Source of the DNA: Nitrospira sp. CG24C
Lineage (GTDB): Bacteria > Nitrospirota > Nitrospiria > Nitrospirales > Nitrospiraceae
NCBI GenBank assembly: GCA_002869885.2
Contig: NEWR02000002.1
Location: 40,852 to 72,851 of the forward strand
Direction of reading: 5' to 3'
DNA: 32,000 nucleotides
Positions 15,714 to 23,630 of the stretch are shown piece after piece. A program made the translations under genes and the position numbers. Each line of letters opens with the position of its first letter. Positions within the stretch are counted from its first letter, which is position 1. A model generated the notes under the pieces. It searched no databases. It was given only the letters and a program-made list of their open reading frames with translations, and had not been told where the DNA came from.

Positions 15714-16301
15714 ATGTCTTTGCAATTTCTGAAATCAGCGGTCGTGTGCTTCTTGATGCTGGCGCTCGGAGGCCCACTCTCCGCGCAGGCCCAGCACTTT
15801 CATGAATTGGACAAAAACTTCTGCATACTCAAGTTCGGACCCTACGGTATGCACCTTACCGAATATCAGCCTGACATCTCAGATCGGCAGGAGCTCTGCG
15901 GGGATATTCCGTCGACCGGACGCACGGTAGTGGTGCTCGATTTTATCGAAGGGGAACTCCGCTCGTTACCCGTCGAGGTCCGGGTCATCAAGGATACGGG
16001 TTCGGAGCAGGATCTTCAGGCCATCACAATCGTTCACCTACCGGCCAAAGTCTACACAGGGGGGTTCATCAATTTCGAACATACCTTCAACCAGCCCGGC
16101 AAATTCATCGGAGTCATCACCGTTGGCGGCAAGGAGGAACATGTCGCGCGATTCCCGATTTCGGTAGGAGAATCGGGAGTGGTTTCGCACTTCATGCACT
16201 ACATCATGGTCATAGTCCCGCTCGCAGTGATTGCCGTTGGAGCGGCAATTTTCTTGTTCATGCGCGGACGTCGAAAATCCTCGCTTAGCACGGTTTCGTA
16301 G
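15714..16301 (+). CDS. AmoD/AmoE (PmoD)-family candidate, paralog 3
   Basis: The initiation region is GAGGATACTGACGATG. The signal peptide ends AQA|QHFH. The motif CILKFGPYGMHLTEYQP...LCGDIP and a C-terminal TM are present. A 26-nt run is identical with paralog 2 (16002-16027 equals 15333-15358). Confidence 0.6.
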   Translation: MSLQFLKSAVVCFLMLALGGPLSAQAQHFHELDKNFCILKFGPYGMHLTEYQPDISDRQELCGDIPSTGRTVVVLDFIEGELRSLPVEVRVIKDTGSEQDLQAITIVHLPAKVYTGGFINFEHTFNQPGKFIGVITVGGKEEHVARFPISVGESGVVSHFMHYIMVIVPLAVIAVGAAIFLFMRGRRKSSLSTVS

Positions 16302-16330
16302 CAGCAGTCCGGGACTAATCAGGAGGTCCG

Positions 16331-16735
16331 ATGGAATCACGGGCAGCTTACGCACTCAAGCGCGTCGTGGCAGGCGCGGTACTGGCGATGATGACGTGCC
16401 TGCATGTCGCCCCGGCGCTGGCGCATTCAATGCTGGTCAAGGCAGAGCCGCCGCGCCGGGCTGTCCTTGCCAAGACACCAGCGCAAGTGCGACTCTGGTT
16501 CAACGAAGAACTCGAAGGCGAGTACGCATCGCTTATTGTGCTCGACGCTGAGAAGCATCCCGTCACCGAGATCAAACCCCAGCTTGCTCCGGATGACCCA
16601 AAGTCTATCGTCCTGCCGCTGCCGGAGCTGACGCCCGGAAAGTATTCAGTGAAGTTTCGAGTCCTGTCGGTAGACGGTCACGTGGTGGAGTCGTCTTTCG
16701 ACTTCACTGTAAAGGGCAACGTGCAAAAGAAATGA
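16331..16735 (+). CDS. copC: Periplasmic copper-binding protein CopC
   Basis: The signal peptide ends ALA|HSMLVKAEP, giving a mature N-terminal His. The CopC fold pattern is present (...QVRLWFNE...GKYSVKFRVLSVDGHVVESSFDFTV). An ATGA overlap joins it to copD. Confidence 0.85.
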   Translation: MESRAAYALKRVVAGAVLAMMTCLHVAPALAHSMLVKAEPPRRAVLAKTPAQVRLWFNEELEGEYASLIVLDAEKHPVTEIKPQLAPDDPKSIVLPLPELTPGKYSVKFRVLSVDGHVVESSFDFTVKGNVQKK

Positions 16736-18753
16736 TCGAGATCATCGGCGCGCTGCTCCGCTGGCTGCAGCTTGCGTCCAACATGATCCTGATCGGCAGC
16801 TGCGTTTTTCTTGCGATTGCCGTGCGCTCGAAAACGACACTCGACACCCCATGGCTGGCCCGTCTGGCGCGGGTGTTACCGTGGCTTTCAGTCACGCTTC
16901 TGCTGGGGTTACTGGGCTTGCTGGCCACGACGACCGCACAGGCCACGGGCATGGCTGAAAATGCTTGGCGCCCGGGAGCCTGGTTAGAACTCTTACAAAA
17001 AACCCGCATAGGACTCATCTGGACAGTGCGTGCGGCCCTTGCGCTTCTCGTGTTCGGAGTGGCTCTCTACATTCGCTTCTCACCTTGGGCGCGCTGGCGG
17101 TATATGCTGTGCGCGACCGTTGCCGCGCTCACGCTGGCCGCGGGATCACTCGCTAGCCACTCCGCAGCCGGAGAACTGACAGTGATATCGGTGCTGCCCT
17201 ATGCGCTGCATATCGTTTTGGCGAGCGTCTGGCTAGGAGGTCTGCCGGCCGTTCTCTCAATAATGTCCGCCACCACCGGGAAACGATCACACGAGGAAGT
17301 GGATCGGTTCGACATCCAAACCCTAAAGCGTTTCTCTGCCATAGCGCTGCCTGTGATGGTCGCTGTCGTGGCCACCGGCACCATCGTTGCGAATGACATG
17401 GTGGACACGAGCTATGCCGCACTGGCCGCGACGAGCTGGGGCTGGTTTCTCAATACAAAACTCGCACTGCTTGCGGTGATTCTCGTGCTTGCCGCGTGCG
17501 CGCGCCACATCTGGATTCCGTCACTCGACAAGAACGCGGAAGTGGCTGCAGCCGGCGGAAGTGGACTTCGAAAGTGGGTCACCGTCGAATTCATGATCGC
17601 GTTGGCAATGGTGCTGGTCGCGACAATGCTGGCCAACGCCGTGCCGGCGAAACATGCTGTCATTGAAGACTGGCCCTATCCATTCCGCTTCTCCATCGAC
17701 GCCACCTGGGGCGGGTTGGGCATGATGATCGGCGCAGGGATAGGAGTCGCGTTGCTTATCCTGGCAGTTGGAGCGATTGCCATCGGTCGAGCCAAACACT
17801 GGGAGACAAAGTGGCGCATTGCCATCCCAGCCCTGCTCGCAGCCTGTGCGCTGGTTGCGGCGCTGCCTCCCCTTGCCACTCAGGCCTTTCCAGAAACCTA
17901 CCGCAAGACGCCGGTCCCGTTCGATGCCATTTCCGTTGCCAACGGTGCGACCATATTCGCGGCAAATTGCGTGCTCTGCCACGGACCCCAAGCCAAGGGC
18001 AATGGCGTTCTAGCCAAGACCTTCCCCATACCACCGGTAGATCTGCTTACGGAGCCGCACACAGCCAAACATACCGCCGGCGATTTTTTTCACTGGCTGA
18101 CCCACGGTATTCCCGGTACTGGCATGCCGGCGTTTGCCGACAAGCTCTCGGAAGAGGATCGCTGGGATGTCGTAAACTTTCTCCATGCCACATCCCGCGG
18201 CTATCAGGCGCGCCTCATCAACCCCTACGTCGCCCCCAATCAGCCCTATATGGCCCCGCAGAACTTCTCCTATTCCGCGCATGATGATTCGAGCGGTACT
18301 TTGAAGGACTTCCGTCGGCAGAAAGCGGTCCTGTTGGTTCTGTTTTCGTGGCCTGAGTCGCGCGCGCGACTCGATCTGTTACGGCAGGCCTACGCCACCC
18401 TGCGCGACGGGAATGTCGCGGTGCTGGCGGTGCCGGTGAATGATCTCAACCAGCAAGATCTCGCAGGAATAACGACAGGCATGACTTTCCCGATTGCGAC
18501 GCAGGGGGCATCGGAAATCACGCGCAGCTACAGCCTGTTCCGTAGAACCCTCAGTAATCCTGATTTGGCAGGCGAGGGAACAATGCCGAAACACATGGAG
18601 CTCCTGATTGACCGTTACGGCTATTTGCGGGCGCGCTGGATTCCTGCGGTGGATGGGACTGGGTGGACAGACATCGGCGAACTGATGCGGCAAGTCGAGC
18701 AACTCAACCGGGAAAAAGAACTCCGTCCACCGCCAGACGACCATGTGCACTGA
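16732..18753 (+). CDS. copD: CopD-family membrane protein fused to a class I cytochrome c domain and a Cys-less thioredoxin-fold domain
   Basis: About 400 aa are polytopic and CopD-like. A cytochrome c domain follows (CVLCH at 17968-17982, Met-ligand region GTGMPAF). The last ~150 aa are AhpC/TSA-like (AVLLVLFSWPESRARL...VAVLAVPVND...HMELLIDRYGYLRARW) with no Cys. Confidence 0.8.
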   Translation: MIEIIGALLRWLQLASNMILIGSCVFLAIAVRSKTTLDTPWLARLARVLPWLSVTLLLGLLGLLATTTAQATGMAENAWRPGAWLELLQKTRIGLIWTVRAALALLVFGVALYIRFSPWARWRYMLCATVAALTLAAGSLASHSAAGELTVISVLPYALHIVLASVWLGGLPAVLSIMSATTGKRSHEEVDRFDIQTLKRFSAIALPVMVAVVATGTIVANDMVDTSYAALAATSWGWFLNTKLALLAVILVLAACARHIWIPSLDKNAEVAAAGGSGLRKWVTVEFMIALAMVLVATMLANAVPAKHAVIEDWPYPFRFSIDATWGGLGMMIGAGIGVALLILAVGAIAIGRAKHWETKWRIAIPALLAACALVAALPPLATQAFPETYRKTPVPFDAISVANGATIFAANCVLCHGPQAKGNGVLAKTFPIPPVDLLTEPHTAKHTAGDFFHWLTHGIPGTGMPAFADKLSEEDRWDVVNFLHATSRGYQARLINPYVAPNQPYMAPQNFSYSAHDDSSGTLKDFRRQKAVLLVLFSWPESRARLDLLRQAYATLRDGNVAVLAVPVNDLNQQDLAGITTGMTFPIATQGASEITRSYSLFRRTLSNPDLAGEGTMPKHMELLIDRYGYLRARWIPAVDGTGWTDIGELMRQVEQLNREKELRPPPDDHVH

Positions 18754-18860
18754 GCTGGTTCCTTCGCGGCAACCGTCAGGTATTATAGGTAGAGATGTCA
18801 CCTATAGGCAGAGAAGCTCCGGCGAACTTGACTTCTAATACCTTCTCGTATACTTTTCCC

Positions 18861-19881
18861 CAAATATACTATGCACTTGACTCCAGTACGCTCGAGGCCT
18901 AGCCTAGTCAAACTGTGGAGGGCATAGATCATGCGAACCTTGGCCAAGTTTGAACAACGCTTCGCCACAGAAAGCGCATGCCGCGCCTACCTGGCTCGGC
19001 TGCGGTGGCCGACCGGATTCTGTTGTCCCCAGTGCAAAACCAATGGCAGTTGGACAACCACACGGTGCCTCATGATGTGCCGCGGATGTGGATACCAAGC
19101 TTCGGTCACGGCTGGGACAATCTTCCATCGAACGCGCCTCCCCTTACAGGCCTTGTTTCGAGCCATATGGCTTCTGACCGACCAGAAACATAAACTCAGC
19201 GCCTTGGGGCTACAGCGCCTACTGGGCCTTGGCAGTTACAGGACTGCATGGCTGTGGCTACAAAAGCTGAGGCGCGCGATGGTGCGGCCTGGCTGGGACC
19301 GCCTGGGAGGCCAGGTGGAAATAGACAAAACATATATAGGGAGCGGCGAGTCAGGAGGAGGCCGTCGGCACCTGGGAAACAAAATCCTCGTGGCAATCGC
19401 TGCCCAGATCGACGGGAAAGGGATCGGACGTATTCACCTGCGTCGAATTCCAACCGCCTCCACAAGTCCGCTTGTGGCCTTCGTGAAGGATGCAGTTAAG
19501 CCCGGCTCGGTGGTCATCACGGATGGATGGGAGGCCTATGCAGGGTTGACAGAGGAGGGTTTCAAGCACCGGCCACGCGTGATTAACGCCAGCGACAAGT
19601 CGGCGTCGGCCTTGCTCCCCCGTGTGCACCGGGTGACCTCCTTGTTCACACGCTGGCTGATAGGTACCCATCAAGGGGCCTTGTCCCGCAAGCAGCTGGA
19701 CTCCTATCTCGACGAATTCACGTTTCGATTCAACCGTCGAACGTCGAGATACCGCTGGAAACAGTTCGCCAGACTTGTGGCGCAAGCTGTCGCAGCTGAG
19801 CCTGCCCCCTTCTCCAGACTAGCTATAGGTATCAGCTAAACATATGCACAATGGAACTGGAGTTAAGTGCATAAATCTTTG
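18861..19881 (+). mobile_element. IS1595-family insertion sequence, about 1.02 kb, apparently intact
   Basis: The terminal inverted repeats are TATGCACTTGACTCCAGT (18870-18887) and ACTGGAGTTAAGTGCATA (19856-19873), matching 17 of 18. Similarity extends outward with one indel to about 18861 and 19881. One uninterrupted transposase ORF is present. I could not identify a convincing target-site duplication. Confidence 0.7.
18931..19839 (+). CDS. IS1595-family transposase (zinc-ribbon plus ISXO2-like DDE domain)
   Basis: An N-terminal Zn-ribbon is present (CPQCKTNGSWTTTRCLMMCRGCGYQASVTAGTIFHRTRLPL). DDE-domain blocks follow (VEIDKTYIG...ITDGWEAY...VHRV...WL.GTHQG). Confidence 0.9.
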   Translation: MRTLAKFEQRFATESACRAYLARLRWPTGFCCPQCKTNGSWTTTRCLMMCRGCGYQASVTAGTIFHRTRLPLQALFRAIWLLTDQKHKLSALGLQRLLGLGSYRTAWLWLQKLRRAMVRPGWDRLGGQVEIDKTYIGSGESGGGRRHLGNKILVAIAAQIDGKGIGRIHLRRIPTASTSPLVAFVKDAVKPGSVVITDGWEAYAGLTEEGFKHRPRVINASDKSASALLPRVHRVTSLFTRWLIGTHQGALSRKQLDSYLDEFTFRFNRRTSRYRWKQFARLVAQAVAAEPAPFSRLAIGIS

Positions 19882-19926
19882 CACGTATTTTGCACGCGGA
19901 AACAAGTTTCTCCTCTTATATTATGC

Positions 19927-19956
19927 TTGACATCGAGAAACTGTATCCGCTAATCT
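19927..19956 (+). promoter_or_regulatory. Candidate amoC promoter, TTGACA-18 nt-TAATCT
   Basis: The -35 is consensus (19927-19932) and the -10 is at 19951-19956. It lies 45 bp from the IS1595 right end and about 115 nt upstream of the amoC ATG. Confidence 0.35.
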
Positions 19957-20071
19957 CCCCGCCACGCTGGTAAATGGCGGCCATGTTTCGCCGGAGAATT
20001 TCTCTCCGGAATAAGCGGTGGGTCTCATTCAGTTTCACCGGGTCTCAATACTTAAACAAGGAGGTCAGGGT

Positions 20072-20869
20072 ATGGGGAGTACAACGTTCGGAGGGAGCGA
20101 TAGAGGGTACGACATGTCGCTCTGGTATGATTCGAAGCCGCTCAAGATTGGCTGGTTTGCCATGTTGGCGGCGGTGGGGTCCGAGGTCATTTTTCAACGC
20201 GTCTTCGGGTATTCCCACGGCTTGGACTCCATGACCCCGGAGTTCGAGAATGTCTGGATGGGCCTGTGGCGGTTTAACGTGATCTCCAACATCATCTTCT
20301 CGGCGGCCACCCTGGGCTGGATTTGGAGCACGCGGGATCGCAACGTCGCGAACGTGGATCCCAAGACGGAACTCAAGCGGTATTTCTATTGGATGATGTG
20401 GCTCGCCATTTACGTGTTCGGCGTCTATTGGGCCGGCTCGTATACCCTGGAGCAGGATGCCTCGTGGCATCAGGTGATCATCCGCGACACCAGCTTCACC
20501 GCCAGCCATATCATTGCCTTCTATTTCACGTTCCCGCTCTACATCACCTGTGGCGTGGCGAGCTATCTGTATGCCATGACCCGGTTGCCGCAGTTCAGCA
20601 AGGCGGTCTCCTTCCCCTTGGTGGGCGCCATCGTGGGGCCGATGATGATTCTCCCGAACGTGGGGCTCAACGAGTGGGGCCATGCGTTCTGGTTTGTCGA
20701 TGAACTCTTCGCAGCGCCGTTGCACTGGGGCTTTGTGACCCTGGGCTGGTGCGGGCTGTTCGGGGGCACGGGCGGCGTGGCGGCACAGATCGTCGCGCGC
20801 ATGTCCAACCTGTGCGATGTGGTCTGGAACAACGAGAGCAAGGATTGCTTGCACGTGATCCCGTACTAA
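20072..20869 (+). CDS. amoC: Ammonia monooxygenase subunit C
   Basis: An AAGGAGG RBS precedes the ATG at 20072. The sequence is strongly AmoC/PmoC-like ([16 protein letters not shown]...[25 protein letters not shown]...WIWSTRDRN...[13 protein letters not shown]). Confidence 0.95.
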   Translation: MGSTTFGGSDRGYDMSLWYDSKPLKIGWFAMLAAVGSEVIFQRVFGYSHGLDSMTPEFENVWMGLWRFNVISNIIFSAATLGWIWSTRDRNVANVDPKTELKRYFYWMMWLAIYVFGVYWAGSYTLEQDASWHQVIIRDTSFTASHIIAFYFTFPLYITCGVASYLYAMTRLPQFSKAVSFPLVGAIVGPMMILPNVGLNEWGHAFWFVDELFAAPLHWGFVTLGWCGLFGGTGGVAAQIVARMSNLCDVVWNNESKDCLHVIPY

Positions 20870-20990
20870 GTCATACCGGTGCGGTCGGTGGACTGACCCT
20901 GCGCTCCGGATTCCGAAGAGCAGGGCAGGCCGGACGACTCGCTGGAAAAAGGGAGACGACAGATGTATCGAACGAGTGAGGAGGAGACAA

Positions 20991-21884
20991 ATGGCACTGT
21001 TTAGAACAGCTGAGATTATAAAAGCCAGCAAGCTGCCGCCGGAAGGCGTCAAACTGTCACGGATGATCGACGCGGTGTACTTCCTTCCGATTGCATATCT
21101 GGGAGTATTCGCGACCTTTCATATGCACTTCGACCTGCTTGCAGGAGACTGGGATTTCTGGATCGATTGGAAGGATCGGCAGTTCTGGGTAACGGTAACT
21201 CCTATTGTGGAGGTTATGTATCCAGGCGCGATCATGTATTACTTCTGGACGTTCTATCGGCAACCCTTTGGTGCAACGTTAAGCATCACAGGGCTCCTTG
21301 TTGGAAAGTGGATTACAGTCGTGTTGGCCTGGTACTGGTGGGCAAATTTCCCGGTAAACTTCGTCATGCCTGCCACCATGGTCTCCAGCGCATTAATCCT
21401 GGACTGCACCCTGTTGCTGACCAGGAGCTGGATGCTTACAGCGATATTCGGAGTGTGGGCATTTGCGATGATGTTCTATCCTACGCAATACGCCCTGTTC
21501 GGGTACAGCAAGCAACCGATGGTCGTGGATGGTCAGCTGCTTTCCTTGGCCGACTACATGGGCTTCACCTATGTCCGGACGGGAACGCCTGAGTATATCC
21601 GCATCATCGAAGTCGGTTCGTTGCGTACATTCGGCGGACACACAGTTTGGATCTCCGCATTTTTCTCAGCGTTTGTTTCCATGTTGGTCTACACCATTTG
21701 GTGGCAAATTGGGCACTTCGTCGGCCAAGCATTCTTCTGGGTCAAGGGCAAACGCGGTGTCATGTCACGCAAGAATGATATCATGATCGTCGGCACTGAT
21801 GAATTTGCAGCAAGGCATGGCACGCCGGACGGAGTTGCACCAAAATTGACTTCGGCGCGAACACTTGCGGAAGGGAAATCATGA
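20991..21884 (+). CDS. amoA: Ammonia monooxygenase subunit A
   Basis: A GAGGAGGAG RBS is present. AmoA motifs are clear (HMHFDLLAGDWDFWIDWKDRQFW...YVRTGTPEYIRIIEVGSLRTFGGHT...). The sites TACTTCTGGACGTTCTA (21240-21256) and CACACAGTTTGGATCT (21639-21654) are present. Confidence 0.97.
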   Translation: MALFRTAEIIKASKLPPEGVKLSRMIDAVYFLPIAYLGVFATFHMHFDLLAGDWDFWIDWKDRQFWVTVTPIVEVMYPGAIMYYFWTFYRQPFGATLSITGLLVGKWITVVLAWYWWANFPVNFVMPATMVSSALILDCTLLLTRSWMLTAIFGVWAFAMMFYPTQYALFGYSKQPMVVDGQLLSLADYMGFTYVRTGTPEYIRIIEVGSLRTFGGHTVWISAFFSAFVSMLVYTIWWQIGHFVGQAFFWVKGKRGVMSRKNDIMIVGTDEFAARHGTPDGVAPKLTSARTLAEGKS

Positions 21885-23143
21885 ACGCAAAAAACATATT
21901 TAAATTGTGCGTGATCGGTTCCCTTGGAATGGCGACGCTGGGGCTCACCCTAGTGTTCAATGCCACTCCCGCATCCGCCCACGGTGAGCGTTCTCAGGAA
22001 CCGTTCCTGCGGATGCGTACCGCGCAGTGGTACGACACAAAGTGGAATCCTCAGAAGACCGCGGTTAACGATGAAGCAATGCTGTCCGGCAAGATTCATA
22101 TCGCGGAAGACTGGCCGCGAGCCGTAGTCAAGCCGAACCGTACCTTCATCAACGTGGGCAGCCCGAGTTCGGTGTTCACGCGTCTCAGTTCAAAAGTCAA
22201 CGGAACCCCAATGTTCACATCGGGCCCGATGGAGCTCGGTGGGGACTACGAATACGTGATCAAGTTGAGGGGCCGGTTGCCTGGCCATCACCACATCCAC
22301 CCAATGTTGGCCGTCAACGGGGCCGGCCCTGTTGCAGGTCCAGGGGGATGGATGGACATCACGGGCAACTATAAAGACTTCACCAACCCTGCAAAGCTGT
22401 TGGTTGGTGGAACTATCGATACGGAAACTGCAGGCATGGCAGCCGGAATCTTCTGGCATGTCCTCTGGGGTGGTCTCGGCTTCGCATGGATCGGCTGGTT
22501 CATGATCAGACCGATGTTCCTGATTCGCGCCAGAGTGCTGGCTCAAGAGGGTGGAGACGCACTGCTGAACGACCCGGTCGACCGAGTGGTGGCCTGGGGA
22601 GTTTTAGGAGTGACCTTTACTTTGATCGCGATTGGTTTCTTCACTACGGACCACTCGTACCCCTACACCGTACCTCTCCAGGCCGGTGAACCGAAGATCA
22701 AGGCAACGCATTTGAAATCTGACCTCACGATGAAGGTACTCGCAGCTGACTACGATGTTCCTGGTCGCGCCCTGCGTATGACGCTCCAGGTCACGAACAG
22801 CGGTGAAACACCTCTCAGAATTGGTGAGTTCACGACAGCAGGCATCCGGTTCCTCAACAAGGTAGGTGTGGCCAACAACCTGGATCCAACCTACCCGGCA
22901 GAGATCATGGCTCAAGATGGCTTGCATATGGAAGATGAGTCACCGATCATGCCAGGGGAAACCAAAGAAGTGAAGCTCGACTCCAGAGACTCGCTCTGGG
23001 AAGTCCAGCGGTTGATGGACATGGTCAACGATCCGGAGCAACGCTTCGGTGGCTTGGTGATGTCTTGGGACGAATCAGGCAATCGTCACATCAACAGCAT
23101 CGCTGGCGCCATCATCCCCGTCTTTACGAGGGCTGCTGGCTGA
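21881..23143 (+). CDS. amoB: Ammonia monooxygenase subunit B
   Basis: Its start forms an ATGA overlap with the amoA stop. The signal peptide ends ASA|HGERSQEPFLRMRTAQWYD, the AmoB/PmoB N-terminal His motif. Two central TM helices and a C-terminal cupredoxin-like domain are present. Confidence 0.95.
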   Translation: MNAKNIFKLCVIGSLGMATLGLTLVFNATPASAHGERSQEPFLRMRTAQWYDTKWNPQKTAVNDEAMLSGKIHIAEDWPRAVVKPNRTFINVGSPSSVFTRLSSKVNGTPMFTSGPMELGGDYEYVIKLRGRLPGHHHIHPMLAVNGAGPVAGPGGWMDITGNYKDFTNPAKLLVGGTIDTETAGMAAGIFWHVLWGGLGFAWIGWFMIRPMFLIRARVLAQEGGDALLNDPVDRVVAWGVLGVTFTLIAIGFFTTDHSYPYTVPLQAGEPKIKATHLKSDLTMKVLAADYDVPGRALRMTLQVTNSGETPLRIGEFTTAGIRFLNKVGVANNLDPTYPAEIMAQDGLHMEDESPIMPGETKEVKLDSRDSLWEVQRLMDMVNDPEQRFGGLVMSWDESGNRHINSIAGAIIPVFTRAAG

Positions 23144-23172
23144 GCTAGTCGTTTAACAGGTCCGTGAGTAAG

Positions 23173-23219
23173 GCCGATCCGCCTCCCATCGCAAGACGGG
23201 ACGGCGGATCGGCTTTTTT
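23173..23219 (+). terminator. Rho-independent terminator of amoCAB
   Basis: GCCGATCCGCC (23173-23183) pairs with GGCGGATCGGC (23203-23213), with extra inner pairing, followed by TTTTTT (23214-23219). Confidence 0.75.
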
Positions 23220-23319
23220 ATGGCCAGAGAAGAATGAAGTGGACCTCATGCTCGAACACCAATGGCTCACCCGAAAACCCGGCAGCTTCACCCAAGCGTC
23301 CGGTGGCCACTGACGTGGT

Positions 23320-23630
23320 CTCATACGAGAGGAGCGGAACCAGGAAGTGATCAACGTACTGGGAAGCGCCGCTCGTGCACGCGATCAGCCAAGCCCACAC
23401 CGATATCCCCGCCAGCGATCTCTGTCGGCAGCTCAATGTAAGTGCTGCCGCATGCTACGCATGGCACAGGAAGTACGCCTATCTAGGCTTGAGCGAGCGG
23501 CGCCTGCTTCGACAGGTGGGCATTGAACCTTGTTGACGGAACAGGTTGAATACCGATCTCTCGCTCAACCAGCGGCTGCCACATCGGTCGAAAGCCGTAC
23601 GAGACCACGTCTACGACCAGCCAGCGCGAG
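23320..23630 (+). pseudogene. IS3-family orfA (HTH transposase) remnant, truncated by the IS256-family insertion
   Basis: Translation gives ...REERNQEVINVL.., then after a frameshift ISQAHTDIPASDLCRQLNVSAAACYAWHRKYAYLGLSERRLLRQVGIEPC*RNRLNTDLSLNQRL... This matches the IS3 OrfA pattern (DLCR..GIS.ATFY.W..KY.G...SE..RLK.LE.EN..L...VADLSLD). It has one frameshift and one in-frame TGA, and it ends abruptly at 23630. Confidence 0.55.

Noticed and set aside
18853-19890. An 8-bp target-site duplication flanking the IS1595-family element
   Set aside because: The flanks (CTTTTCCC and CACGTATT at my inferred ends) do not match. Only vague similarity exists (GTATACTTTT versus GTATTTTG), and the exact IS ends are uncertain by a few bp.
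20870-20990. The amoC-amoA intergenic region as an internal promoter or structured element
   Set aside because: I could not find a convincing -35/-10 pair or a stable hairpin by eye. The question is left open rather than reported.
20045-21052. A 335-aa minus-strand ORF antisense to amoC and the start of amoA
   Set aside because: It overlaps an unmistakable amoC on the opposite strand. Its composition is rich in Arg, His, Pro and Gly, typical of antisense frames in GC-rich coding DNA, and it has no recognisable motifs.
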